The notes under the pieces were generated by a model. It was not told the origin of the DNA and searched no databases. It saw nothing but the letters and a program-made list of their open reading frames with translations. Positions 1 through 9,991 of a stretch of DNA of 64,000 nt are shown piece after piece. The first letter of the stretch is position 1; each line of letters begins with the position of its first letter. The DNA lies in contig CAWBNQ010000005.1 in the NCBI GenBank assembly GCA_963790205.1, forward strand, positions 128,001 to 192,000, written 5' to 3'. This DNA is from Nitrospirota bacterium (GTDB taxonomy: Bacteria > Nitrospirota > UBA9217). Position numbers and translations under genes: made by a program.

Positions 1-1294
1 ATTCGGAGCTTGATTTTTATCCTACTGCAAAGCCTATGACACACTTTGTAGCTCATTCAAGATCGCCTTTCGGCACCCATTATCGGGATTCTACTGCGCT
101 TTTGCTATGTAGCAGCCGCAGTTCGCCGTTGGATATTTACTATTCGCAGCAGGTTGTATGCAGCTCCGACGAACAAGGCTTGAAGGTGGGTTCGATCTCT
201 TCCCTTGTACCGTGTCCGCCTGAAACCGCCGATGCTCTTGAGCCATCCGAAGATCTCTTCCACCCGTTTTCGGATTCGCTGGCTGATGTTGTATCCTTCG
301 TGCCGCGTGGTGCGTCCATCTATGGCAGAGCCGCCTCTTCTTTCGGTGTTGGCCGCAACATGCGGCGTGATCTCTCTGCCCCGCATGGCCTCAACAAAGC
401 CCTGGGTATCGTAGCCCTTATCGGCACCGATGGTCTTGGGTTTAACGCGTTTCCGCGCCTGACGGGTAAGCATATCCTTGGCCGCCTCCCGTTCCGCATC
501 ACCCGTTGCCGGGGTAACGGTGATGTCGACCAGCAGGCCGTTTCGGTTCTCCATCAAGGCATGGGCGCCGAAAGAAAGCTTAGCCTCCTTGCCCGCGCTC
601 TTCTTCATCAAACGAGACTCGGGATCAGTGGTAGAAGCATGAGTCTTGTTCGACCGTTTCTCACCCCGAAAGTTCACCGTGGGATTTCCCGGATCATCGT
701 CCGTCGTCGGGCGGTCCGAAGGGTCCTCGTCCTTGGGACGGAAGCTCTTCAGACTGGCGCAGGCCTCAATAAGGCTGCCGTCCACCGTAAAATGATCATC
801 CGAGAGCAGCCCGCCTTTCCGGGCGATGTTAACCACACGATCAAAAAACTTCACGGCCACCCGATGTTCCAGAAGCCGATCCCGGTTCTTCGTGAACGTC
901 GTGGGATCGAAGGACGACTCTTCCAGGTCCATATCCAAAAACCAGCGGAAGAGAATGTTATAATCCACCATTTCGCAGAACTGGGTTTCGGAACGCACCG
1001 AGTACAGGGCGATCAAGAGCTGGGATTTCAGCAGCCTCTCCGGCGGGATCGACGGCCGCCCCATGTTGCTGTACATGGAGTCGAAGACCGGCGAAAGCTC
1101 TGCAAGAACCGTATCCGCATGGGCTTTGATCGCCCGCAGAGGATGCTGGGCCGGGACACGCTGTTCAGGAGAAAAGTAACTGAACATCCCGCTCTGAATC
1201 TCGTTTTCACCGCGCATGTGGCCTCCTTGTCAACTGCCGTTGCGCCACTATACGCATTTACATCACGTTTGAAAAGGACTTTTTCAGCAAACTG
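1..1294 (-). mobile_element. IS5-family insertion sequence, partial (second end lies left of the window)
   Basis: Contains a DDE transposase ORF. End-like sequence GACTTTTTCAGCAAACTG at 1277-1294 is followed by CTAA (1295-1298), a YTAR-type IS5 target. No matching inverted repeat in 1-104. Confidence 0.8.
105..1217 (-). CDS. IS5-family DDE transposase (DUF772 + DDE domains)
   Basis: Motifs GRPSIPPE, NILFRWFLDM, VDGSLIEA, STTDPESRL, GADKGYD and RKRVEEIFGWLK. SD GGAGG upstream. Confidence 0.93.
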   Translation of the reverse strand: MRGENEIQSGMFSYFSPEQRVPAQHPLRAIKAHADTVLAELSPVFDSMYSNMGRPSIPPERLLKSQLLIALYSVRSETQFCEMVDYNILFRWFLDMDLEESSFDPTTFTKNRDRLLEHRVAVKFFDRVVNIARKGGLLSDDHFTVDGSLIEACASLKSFRPKDEDPSDRPTTDDDPGNPTVNFRGEKRSNKTHASTTDPESRLMKKSAGKEAKLSFGAHALMENRNGLLVDITVTPATGDAEREAAKDMLTRQARKRVKPKTIGADKGYDTQGFVEAMRGREITPHVAANTERRGGSAIDGRTTRHEGYNISQRIRKRVEEIFGWLKSIGGFRRTRYKGRDRTHLQALFVGAAYNLLRIVNIQRRTAAAT

Positions 1295-1331
1295 CTAAAG
1301 TGCTGTGTTGTTTTCAACTTCAGTATCTTAG

Positions 1332-3659
1332 TTACCGGCTGAGTCTTCTCTGCTCATAGGCCATAGCCAAGTTTTTGCGCCAGTTTTCGTCAGCAGGATC
1401 CAATTCTACCGCTATCCTGAACTGCTTAATAGCCTGATCTGTTAAACCAAACATTCCATAAGCAATCCCTAAATTGTTATGCGCCAAGGGAGACTGCGGT
1501 TTTAATTTTAAGGCTATCCTGAATTGCTCAATTGCTTGATCCTTCACGCCTTTTTCTTTGTACGCCACTCCGAGATTAGTATGGGCATCAAAGTCATCCG
1601 GTTGTAATGTTAAGGCGGCTTTATATTGTTCAATAGCCTGATCAAGCAACCCCTTCTTTAGATAGGCTGTTCCGAGATGATTATGGGCCACGGGATAATA
1701 AGGCTTCAATCTTACGATAATCTCATATTGCTCGATGGCCAGTGCTATTAATCCCTTCTTTTCATAGGCAATCGCAAGTCTATCGCGCGCTAGGGCATTA
1801 TCCGGCGCTATCCGTACCGCACTCTGGTAGTGCCGAACCGCCTGGTCCAACAATCCCTTTTTTTCATAGACCGAACCAAGATTAATATGTGCAAGAACGT
1901 GATCAGGATTTAATCTCAACGCCATCCGGTATTGTTCAATAGCTTGATCAATTAACCCTTTTTTTACGTAAACAGTTCCAAGGCTATTATGGGCGTCAAC
2001 ATAATAAGGACTTAATTTTGCAGCAATTTCATATTGCTCTATGGCTTGATCCAGTAACGATTTCACTTCGTAAGCCGTCCCGAGATTAAAGTGAGCGGGA
2101 ACATATTGTGGATCCGATTTCATGGCAAGCTGGTATTGCTCGATTGCCCGATCTATTGCTCCTTTTTTTTCATAAGTCAATCCAAGGTCATTATGGGCAT
2201 CAACATCGTACGGGTCGATTTTTAGAGCCATATCATATTGTTCAATAGCCTGATCCAGCAACTCTTTATTTTCATATGCCAACCCAAGGTTGACGTAGGG
2301 AATGGTATTCCGTATCGGCTCTTTTTCCAGAACATAATTCCAAAAAACTATACTGTTCTTCCATATCCGTAATTGCCGTACCGTGAGAAGTATCATACAC
2401 GTAAGCAAAATAACGCCGACAGCATGTATAATCAGGCGCCAGCTTTTAAAGGATACAACCTTTCTGTGAATTTCAGCAGCTGCGACTCCGAGAAGGAGAA
2501 ATGGTCCCAAACTCGGCAGATAAGTATACCTGTCTGCCATTGATTGCTGGCCCACCTGCACGATGCCGATTACGGGCATCAGGGTAACGATAAAATAAAT
2601 CCAGGATGAGAGCCAAATTTTCTGTTTTTTTAGCATGCGAATACAAAATATAGTAATCCCGAGCACAAGCGCTACGAAAGCAAGATATTTGAAAGATAAC
2701 AATGATACATCCGCCGGATATGGATAAAAAGGCACGAGATCGAGAGGCCAAATCATTTTCCATAGATACAGAATCAAAGACTTTGCGGACACAAGCAGTC
2801 GACTTGATAAAGGAGCGAATGCGTATGACTTGATCGCACCGCTCGCTTGTTGTGCAAGTAGGGTAATTATCGCCGATACGGAACTAAATGCAAAAAAAGG
2901 AAGTTTTTCAATGAAGGCAGCACCAAATGTTCTGACTGATCGGATCTTTTCGAAAGGGTACCAGTCTAAAATCAGCAGAACCACAGGCAAGGTCACTGCC
3001 ATCGGTTTACTGAGCAGAGCAAGGACAAAAAATAGGAGAGAAAACAGATAATGTTTATTCAAAAACTTTGATGGGGATTTCCCTTGAGTCCATTCGTAGT
3101 CTTCTGTCCTCGTAAAATGTATATACTGGATGACGCTGATCAGGAAGAACATGGCGCAGAGAACGTCTTTCCTCTCCGCAACCCAGGCCACTGATTCCAC
3201 ATGCAATGGATGGAGTCCGAACAATGCGCCGGTGACGCCCGCAGTTATCAGAATTGACCGTTGATCCCTGGGCGTCGCGTTCTCCGGGTTTATTATCCGG
3301 TCTTTTACCGTACCGAGAAGCTTCACGACAAGCAAAACAACAATAAAGGTATTAATTGCGTGCAATATATTATTCGTCAGATGATGCCCGATCGGGTTTA
3401 ATTTCCAGATGGCGTAATCGAGAGCATGAGATATCCATGTAAGGGGGTGCCAGTTGCTTGCATAAAAATCAAGGAATGCAGTTCGGAAAAAAGCCGCATT
3501 GAAGGAGCGGATAAAAGGATTTGCGAAAACATAATACCTGTCGTCCCATTCAATGAACTCATTGTGAAGTGACGGGAGGTAGATGATGAACGTTATGAGG
3601 GCTACTAATCCTGCAATATAATATTCGGCATTTCGCCGTATTCTCACGCTTATCTCCAC
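1332..3659 (-). CDS. TMTC-like (GT-C fold) membrane glycosyltransferase with C-terminal TPR array
   Basis: Multiple TM helices. Motifs WDD, WHPLTWISHALDY, HLTNNILH, HPLHVESVAWVAERKDVL, LLSKPMA and ADRYTYLPS, followed by 9 TPRs. GTG start. Confidence 0.8.
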   Translation of the reverse strand: MEISVRIRRNAEYYIAGLVALITFIIYLPSLHNEFIEWDDRYYVFANPFIRSFNAAFFRTAFLDFYASNWHPLTWISHALDYAIWKLNPIGHHLTNNILHAINTFIVVLLVVKLLGTVKDRIINPENATPRDQRSILITAGVTGALFGLHPLHVESVAWVAERKDVLCAMFFLISVIQYIHFTRTEDYEWTQGKSPSKFLNKHYLFSLLFFVLALLSKPMAVTLPVVLLILDWYPFEKIRSVRTFGAAFIEKLPFFAFSSVSAIITLLAQQASGAIKSYAFAPLSSRLLVSAKSLILYLWKMIWPLDLVPFYPYPADVSLLSFKYLAFVALVLGITIFCIRMLKKQKIWLSSWIYFIVTLMPVIGIVQVGQQSMADRYTYLPSLGPFLLLGVAAAEIHRKVVSFKSWRLIIHAVGVILLTCMILLTVRQLRIWKNSIVFWNYVLEKEPIRNTIPYVNLGLAYENKELLDQAIEQYDMALKIDPYDVDAHNDLGLTYEKKGAIDRAIEQYQLAMKSDPQYVPAHFNLGTAYEVKSLLDQAIEQYEIAAKLSPYYVDAHNSLGTVYVKKGLIDQAIEQYRMALRLNPDHVLAHINLGSVYEKKGLLDQAVRHYQSAVRIAPDNALARDRLAIAYEKKGLIALAIEQYEIIVRLKPYYPVAHNHLGTAYLKKGLLDQAIEQYKAALTLQPDDFDAHTNLGVAYKEKGVKDQAIEQFRIALKLKPQSPLAHNNLGIAYGMFGLTDQAIKQFRIAVELDPADENWRKNLAMAYEQRRLSR
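1389..2306 (-). repeat. Nine tandem 34-aa (102-bp) TPR units
   Basis: Repeating AHxNLGxxYxxKGLxDQAIEQYxxAxxLxP. Also visible as recurring DNA such as atattgttcaatagcctgatc. Confidence 0.9.
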
Positions 3660-3841
3660 AATAGTAATGCCGGAAAAGCAGGGTTATGCATAATTGTAAT
3701 TTAGCTTTGATGTTTTGTTAGGAAAAAACGAAACGGACCAGTCTGCACAACAGGCCGTCCCGATAGGGAATGCGCAAGATAGTAGATGCAATAAAAATTC
3801 AAAATACTAAAGTAGAGGCAACAACAAGGCTCCCTATTTTG

Positions 3842-4699
3842 CTATTGCAAAAATTCCAGTTGAAGCTCACTCGTACTCTTCACCTTCCCGTCAAAATCCA
3901 GATATAATTGCCCGCCGTAAGGATCCGCCGGTATTTCATGCAGCATGCCGACCCGAATCAAAGCATGGATGTCGGTAGGTTTCTTCCCAAACCTCTTTTT
4001 ATAGGCTTCCACAGCATTTTCTACCTTGAGTACTTGACGTAAAAAATCCAGGCGAATCTCGTACTTTTGTTTGAGCTCCTCCTCATCCGTTCTTCTTGAC
4101 ATTTCTTCCAAAAAAGTGATGGCATTTTCGGTACGTTTTTTCGCGTAACTCAGCTTGGCGGCAATTGAGGCATACATCGGTTGTGCATCCGGTCTCTTTG
4201 ATGCTTCCAGCAGCCATTTGCGGGCATTTAAATTATCCTGAATAAAATAAAAATAGTTGAACCCGATGTAAAAAGGAAGCGACGAATCCCAATCTCTGTA
4301 TTTGCTGCCTTTTTCCAGAAGGAGATTGGTTTCGTTTATCATCAACGCATCCCAGGTTAATTGAGCATTCGCTAAATAATAGGGATCCAAAAAATACGGA
4401 TCGAGGCTCGTGGACGCATCGAGGGTATAGTAAAGCCATTTCCATTCCCAGGGCTTTACTCTCGGCCTTTCCTTTCTTTCGCCCGCGCTGCCGATAAAGA
4501 CAAGGGCATTTAAGAACAAATAGTCGGAAGCTATGTCGTGAAAATCGAGCGTGGCGATTTTTAAGATCGGCGTTGGTATCATGAAGGAAGAATCTTTTCC
4601 CTTGGGGAGCAATTTGAACTCATCGGTCGCCTTCCCGAGAAGAAAGACATGCGTTGTTGCAAGAACAACCAGCAGTATAATGAGCAATAGCTTTCGCAT
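3842..4699 (-). CDS. Pilin-cassette accessory protein (XapA/PilG-like)
   Basis: Start re-called to ATG 4699, a TGATG overlap with the permease stop. N-terminal hydrophobic anchor, LDPYF and TPR-like helices, C-terminal IPADPYGG. Sits in the pilA-ABC cassette. Confidence 0.7.
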   Translation of the reverse strand: MRKLLLIILLVVLATTHVFLLGKATDEFKLLPKGKDSSFMIPTPILKIATLDFHDIASDYLFLNALVFIGSAGERKERPRVKPWEWKWLYYTLDASTSLDPYFLDPYYLANAQLTWDALMINETNLLLEKGSKYRDWDSSLPFYIGFNYFYFIQDNLNARKWLLEASKRPDAQPMYASIAAKLSYAKKRTENAITFLEEMSRRTDEEELKQKYEIRLDFLRQVLKVENAVEAYKKRFGKKPTDIHALIRVGMLHEIPADPYGGQLYLDFDGKVKSTSELQLEFLQ

Positions 4700-5511
4700 C
4701 AGGGGAATTCCCTCCTGCGGAAAAACAGGGCCGCACAGGCCACGGCCAGGGACGTATACACTATGAAGTAGAGCATGACCCAAAGAATGTATGAAGGAGC
4801 AAGGGAAAGGTCATGGGCCGCCTGAGTTTTGATGTCGAAAACAGACAGGTTGGGGAAAAGATAATAGGCTATCTGCACCAGCTTTACCGTAACCGGGGAA
4901 GGTTGAATGCTGGCCGCTGCAGGGGATTCGACAAGGGCCTTTACGTCGTAGGAGGACCGGCCGATGATGTAGGCGATCATGGTCAGGACAAGGGTGATGA
5001 ACGACGAGGACGTGAATGACGCAAAAAGAAAGCTCATTGCCGAAAGCAGAATGAGCGGCAAGATCGAAAAAGCAAGCGCCAACAGAACCATGGGCCAGGA
5101 GAACCGAGGGTAATAACCGGGATAAGACAATTTAATCAGAAAGATGGACAGAACCGCAAAGACACTCAAAAAAACCATGGTGGCGATGATGAGAAGGGCC
5201 ATACCGAAAAACTTGCCGATGATATACTGTGACCGTGAGATCGGCCGGGAGATCACCATATAGATCGTTCTCTTGTCGAGGTCCTTCGCCATAAGGTTGA
5301 TGCCAACGAAGAAAACGAGCAGAAGCCCGGAAAAATATACCGTAGAAAGGGCTATATCGACGGCCACTTTCCCGATCTCCCGCGGAATCATGCTGCAGAG
5401 AAGGAAATTTACGATCAACAGCATGAGCGCCATGAGGAATATGCCGTAAATGGCCCTGTTCCGGATACCTTCCTTAAACGTGATCAGCGTGATCGGCCAC
5501 AGCGTCTTCAT
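4699..5511 (-). CDS. ABC-2 type permease of the pilin cassette (PilI/Xap-like)
   Basis: About 6 TM helices. Motif DLDKRTIYMVISRPISRSQYIIGKFFG; ends FFRRREFP. Confidence 0.85.
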   Translation of the reverse strand: MKTLWPITLITFKEGIRNRAIYGIFLMALMLLIVNFLLCSMIPREIGKVAVDIALSTVYFSGLLLVFFVGINLMAKDLDKRTIYMVISRPISRSQYIIGKFFGMALLIIATMVFLSVFAVLSIFLIKLSYPGYYPRFSWPMVLLALAFSILPLILLSAMSFLFASFTSSSFITLVLTMIAYIIGRSSYDVKALVESPAAASIQPSPVTVKLVQIAYYLFPNLSVFDIKTQAAHDLSLAPSYILWVMLYFIVYTSLAVACAALFFRRREFP

Positions 5512-6251
5512 GCCTGTGTACCTCCGTCTGCTTTTTCCACTTCCCTCAAAAATACGTCCTCAAGACTTACGGTCCTGGACACGAGATTATTCAGGTTATC
5601 GACCAATCGCAGCCTGCCCCCGATGATAATGCCTACCCGGTCGCTGAACCGCTCAATGTCCGTAAGAATATGGGAAGAGAAAAAAATCGTTTTCCCCTGC
5701 GTCTTGAGTTCCAAAATAAGGTCGCCGACCATTTTTCTTCCAATGGGATCGAGTCCGCTCATGGGTTCATCGAGGATCGCCACGTCCGGGTCATGGACCA
5801 GGGCCAGGGCCAGGCCGGCCCTCTGGACCATTCCCTTGGAGTAGGTCCGAAGCTGCCTCTTCCGCGCAGCGGTCAGACTGAACTTAGCCAGAAGCTCCTC
5901 TGTTCTCGTTTTTATTGTTGAGGACGTCATACCGGATGCCTTGCCGCCGAACCACAGCAGTTCCTCAGCGGTCAGGTAATCGTAAAAATAGGGGTTCTCG
6001 GGAAGATATCCCACGTGGCGCCTTGTCTCTTTGTCACGGACATCTTTTCCCATGATCGAGGCGCGCCCCTTGTCAGGGAAGATAAGGTTTATGAGGATCT
6101 TGATCGTTGTGGATTTTCCCGCGCCATTCGGGCCGAGGAAACCGAAGACCTCTCCTTCGCGCACCTCAAGATCAAGGCCCTCCAGTGCCCTGACTCGCCT
6201 GCCGCCGATCCCTTCCTTGAACTCCTTTGATATCCCGGTTATCGTTATCAT
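5508..6251 (-). CDS. ABC transporter ATP-binding protein (PilH/Xap-like)
   Basis: Walker A GPNGAGKST, signature YSKGM, Walker B ILDEP, H-loop SSH. Confidence 0.93.
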   Translation of the reverse strand: MITITGISKEFKEGIGGRRVRALEGLDLEVREGEVFGFLGPNGAGKSTTIKILINLIFPDKGRASIMGKDVRDKETRRHVGYLPENPYFYDYLTAEELLWFGGKASGMTSSTIKTRTEELLAKFSLTAARKRQLRTYSKGMVQRAGLALALVHDPDVAILDEPMSGLDPIGRKMVGDLILELKTQGKTIFFSSHILTDIERFSDRVGIIIGGRLRLVDNLNNLVSRTVSLEDVFLREVEKADGGTQA

Positions 6252-6307
6252 GGGGTTTATTTATACTCCACCGGTATGAAATGTCAATATGTTTAAAAAG
6301 ACGGAAT

Positions 6308-6337
6308 AAAAAAAGGCCGGGAGGCCCCGGCCTTTTT
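6308..6337. terminator. Intrinsic terminator downstream of pilA (bidirectional shape)
   Basis: aaaaaggccggg-aggc-cccggccttttt hairpin with A/T tails. Confidence 0.85.
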
Positions 6338-6355
6338 AGAATATTTCTTACGCTG

Positions 6356-7000
6356 CTACATGGCCACAAAATGAGTGGCATCAGCGGGAAGGTCGGCCGC
6401 TGGAGTTTCGCTCGCGTCTGCTGGTGTAGCCGTCAGCAAACCACCGGGTTTTTGGGTTGGGTCTGACACCGCGATTACTGCGCCGGCTGTCGTCTTTCCG
6501 GCTCTAAAAAGGGTTGTAACACCTGATTCACCGGCATAGATCGTGTCGCCCGATGTGTTGGCTGTAAATATGGCATAATCACCCGCGGTAGCGGCGTTCG
6601 TAAAAATAGTCGAGGCCACACCATTTGAGAGACCAAATATCATACTCGCAGGCGCTGCCGGTGAAGCAGTGGTTATACCGTCTACGGGAACGCTAATTGT
6701 AACGGTAGCCGGGCCGGAGGTGATAACTCCGACTCCATTGGTAAGCGCACCACCGCATGCTGTCGCGAAATTAGTGGCCGTAGTTGGACAAGTCGAAGTA
6801 TTCGCATAGACTTGATTGTCCGTAAAGAAGGCCTCTGCTGCGATCTTTATGTTTCTAAGGTCACTGTCTGCAGCAGCGTTGTAACCTCTGACTCGATATG
6901 CTGAGAACTGCGGGATGGCGATGGCGGCCAGGATGGCGATGATGGCCACGACGATCAGGAGTTCGATCAGGGTAAAACCTTTGCTGTTCTTAATCTTCAT
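6356..7000 (-). CDS. pilA: Type IVa major pilin, long form
   Basis: Prepilin cleavage motif KG|FTLIELLIVVAIIAILAAIAIPQF with E5. SD GGGAGG, sigma54 promoter and its own terminator. Confidence 0.93.
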   Translation of the reverse strand: MKIKNSKGFTLIELLIVVAIIAILAAIAIPQFSAYRVRGYNAAADSDLRNIKIAAEAFFTDNQVYANTSTCPTTATNFATACGGALTNGVGVITSGPATVTISVPVDGITTASPAAPASMIFGLSNGVASTIFTNAATAGDYAIFTANTSGDTIYAGESGVTTLFRAGKTTAGAVIAVSDPTQKPGGLLTATPADASETPAADLPADATHFVAM

Positions 7001-7128
7001 TTATATTTCCTCCCATAGAATGTTTTTGTTGCAAATGTTAGTTCATCTATATCCACTGCTTATTCTCAAGGCCTCTTATGGGATTCTCACCTCCTTCCAC
7101 GGACCTTAAGTTTTATCATGTCATGATA

Positions 7129-7144
7129 TGCAGTTTGTATGCCA
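7129..7144 (-). promoter_or_regulatory. sigma54 (-24/-12) promoter of pilA
   Basis: Minus strand TGGCATACAAACTGCA = GG-N10-GC. IHF-like TTTCAAATTATTA at 7161-7173. Confidence 0.85.
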
Positions 7145-7194
7145 TTAAATTTCTTTATCATTTCAAATTATTATTGATAACACCACGGAGAAGA

Positions 7195-7232
7195 TGACCC
7201 AAAATGTCAAACTCACATGACAAAAATTGTCA
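7195..7232. promoter_or_regulatory. Two palindromic enhancer sites (probable PilR-type activator binding sites)
   Basis: TGACCCAAAATGTCA (7195-7209) and TGACAAAAATTGTCA (7218-7232), both TGAC-N7-GTCA, upstream of the sigma54 promoter. Confidence 0.7.
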
Positions 7233-7244
7233 CTGGTTCTATTC

Positions 7245-7273
7245 TTGACTTAAAAGTTATCAAATGGTAGCAT
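7245..7273 (+). promoter_or_regulatory. sigma70-type promoter of the mqn cluster
   Basis: TTGACT-17 nt-TAGCAT, 12 nt before ATG 7286. Confidence 0.6.
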
Positions 7274-7285
7274 TACGGCGACTTT

Positions 7286-8527
7286 ATGATATTTTCATCT
7301 CCGCAGATAATTACCATGCCTGGCACTGCTCCAGTAAACAATGGAGCCGTTGTAATCAGTAACGGATCCGTACTTACCGCAGGCCCAGCAAAAAAGATCA
7401 TCAGGATGTACCCGGGTCACCGAGTGCTTCATCTGGAAAATACAATCCTCATGCCTGGCCTGATCAATCTTCATACCCACCTCGAGCTTCCGCCTCTTCT
7501 CGACATCATTCGCGCTAAGACTTTTCCGGACTGGGTTCTTAATCTCATAAGAATGAAAAAGGGACTTACTGCCGGAGATTATGACCTTGCAACAAGGCAG
7601 AACATCAAGATGCTTATGCGTACCGGCACGACGACTGCGGCAGAGATTTGCACGCACAATATAAGTCCTGTAATCCTGAAGCGGAGCGGTTTGAGGGCGA
7701 TAATATATCAAGAAGTGATTTCTATGAATCCCCTATCCCCTTCTCCCCCCCTTGCGTTCTTTGGCAATTGTACTCCAGGCAAACTTATCCACTGCGGCCT
7801 GTCCCCGCATACGCCCTATACGGTATCCGAAGCAGCGTTGCGTGCGATCAATCTGTTTTCGAGAAAAAATGATATCCGCCTTGCCATGCATGTGGCGGAA
7901 TCAAAAGACGAGATATTGCTGCTGAAGCAAAAAAAGAACGGCCTCGAAAAAATTTATCAATCTGCAAAATGGGACCTTGCCTGGGCGCCGAAAGGCACCT
8001 CTTCCTTCGAATACCTGGACAGGATCGGTGTGCTCTCCTCTAACCTTCTGGCCGTACATGCTGTTCAAATAACGGATACAGACATCACACTGATTAAAAA
8101 GTCTAAGATGTCCGTTGCACACTGTCCCAGGAGCAATAAAGAGACCGGCGTCGGCAGGATGCCGCTTAAAAAGTTCCTTGATGAGGGAATCACGGTAGGG
8201 CTCGGCACGGACAGCCTGGCAAGCTCGCCAAGTTTGAACATGTGGGACGAGATGCGGTACGCGCTTCGGGTACACCGGCGCGATGGGATCACGGCCAAAG
8301 AGATATTCAAACTCGCGACCATCGGCGGCGCGAAGGCGCTCGGCCTGGAAAAGGAGATCGGCTCTCTCGAAGCCGGGAAGCGAGCGGACCTCATTGCCGT
8401 TCCCCTGCCGGCGAAAAATACGGGGGACCTCTATTCGGACTTGCTCAGAGAAACGAAATCCTGTATTATGGCCATGGTGGACGGGAAGATACTTTATTCA
8501 GAAGAGGAAAAAAATGAAACGGCTTGA
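7286..8527 (+). CDS. Metal-dependent amidohydrolase, probable aminodeoxyfutalosine deaminase
   Basis: Motifs PGLINLHTH, SPHTPY, HVAES, HCPRSN and LGTDSLAS. Lies directly upstream of mqnE and mqnC. Confidence 0.75.
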   Translation: MIFSSPQIITMPGTAPVNNGAVVISNGSVLTAGPAKKIIRMYPGHRVLHLENTILMPGLINLHTHLELPPLLDIIRAKTFPDWVLNLIRMKKGLTAGDYDLATRQNIKMLMRTGTTTAAEICTHNISPVILKRSGLRAIIYQEVISMNPLSPSPPLAFFGNCTPGKLIHCGLSPHTPYTVSEAALRAINLFSRKNDIRLAMHVAESKDEILLLKQKKNGLEKIYQSAKWDLAWAPKGTSSFEYLDRIGVLSSNLLAVHAVQITDTDITLIKKSKMSVAHCPRSNKETGVGRMPLKKFLDEGITVGLGTDSLASSPSLNMWDEMRYALRVHRRDGITAKEIFKLATIGGAKALGLEKEIGSLEAGKRADLIAVPLPAKNTGDLYSDLLRETKSCIMAMVDGKILYSEEEKNETA

Positions 8528-8819
8528 TCGAGGATTGTTTATAATCCTTGCGGCAGTGGCTCTCCTGGTGTCCTGCACTGACGACAAGAACCCGGTCCAG
8601 CAGTACGGGAACACCATGGTGCAATCCTTGAAAAGCGCCAAGAAACTCGATGCCTCGGTAAATGTTCAACAAGTCCGGAAGTCGATCCAGGAATTTTATG
8701 CGGCGAACGGCAGGTATCCCGCCGACCTCAATGAGCTGTCGTCGTTCAACGGCATGACGCTGAAAAGCGATAATTATGATTACGACCCGGCGACCGGGAC
8801 TTTGACGGAAAAGCAGTAA
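8514..8819 (+). CDS. Small lipoprotein of unknown function (101 aa)
   Basis: Start re-called to ATG 8514 (GAGG SD). Signal peptide with lipobox LLVS-C. Segment IQEFYAANGRYPADLNEL. Confidence 0.75.
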   Translation: MKRLDRGLFIILAAVALLVSCTDDKNPVQQYGNTMVQSLKSAKKLDASVNVQQVRKSIQEFYAANGRYPADLNELSSFNGMTLKSDNYDYDPATGTLTEKQ

Positions 8820-8857
8820 TTCCGGAGACCATACACCCCATCAACCAAAACCGAAAG

Positions 8858-9931
<1,074 letters not shown>

Positions 9932-9991
9932 CGGGGAGTTCGTGGCAGACAGGTCGTTGCGAAGAAGTTTCTCTCTCACCGGTAAACAAAA

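Noticed and set aside
36..1298. 420-aa plus-strand ORF
   Set aside because: Antisense shadow of the transposase; no recognisable motifs.
6356..7000. Electrically conductive e-pilin call
   Set aside because: Key N-terminal aromatics are present, but overall aromatic content is about 7% with a long aromatic-free gap. Conductivity cannot be inferred from this.
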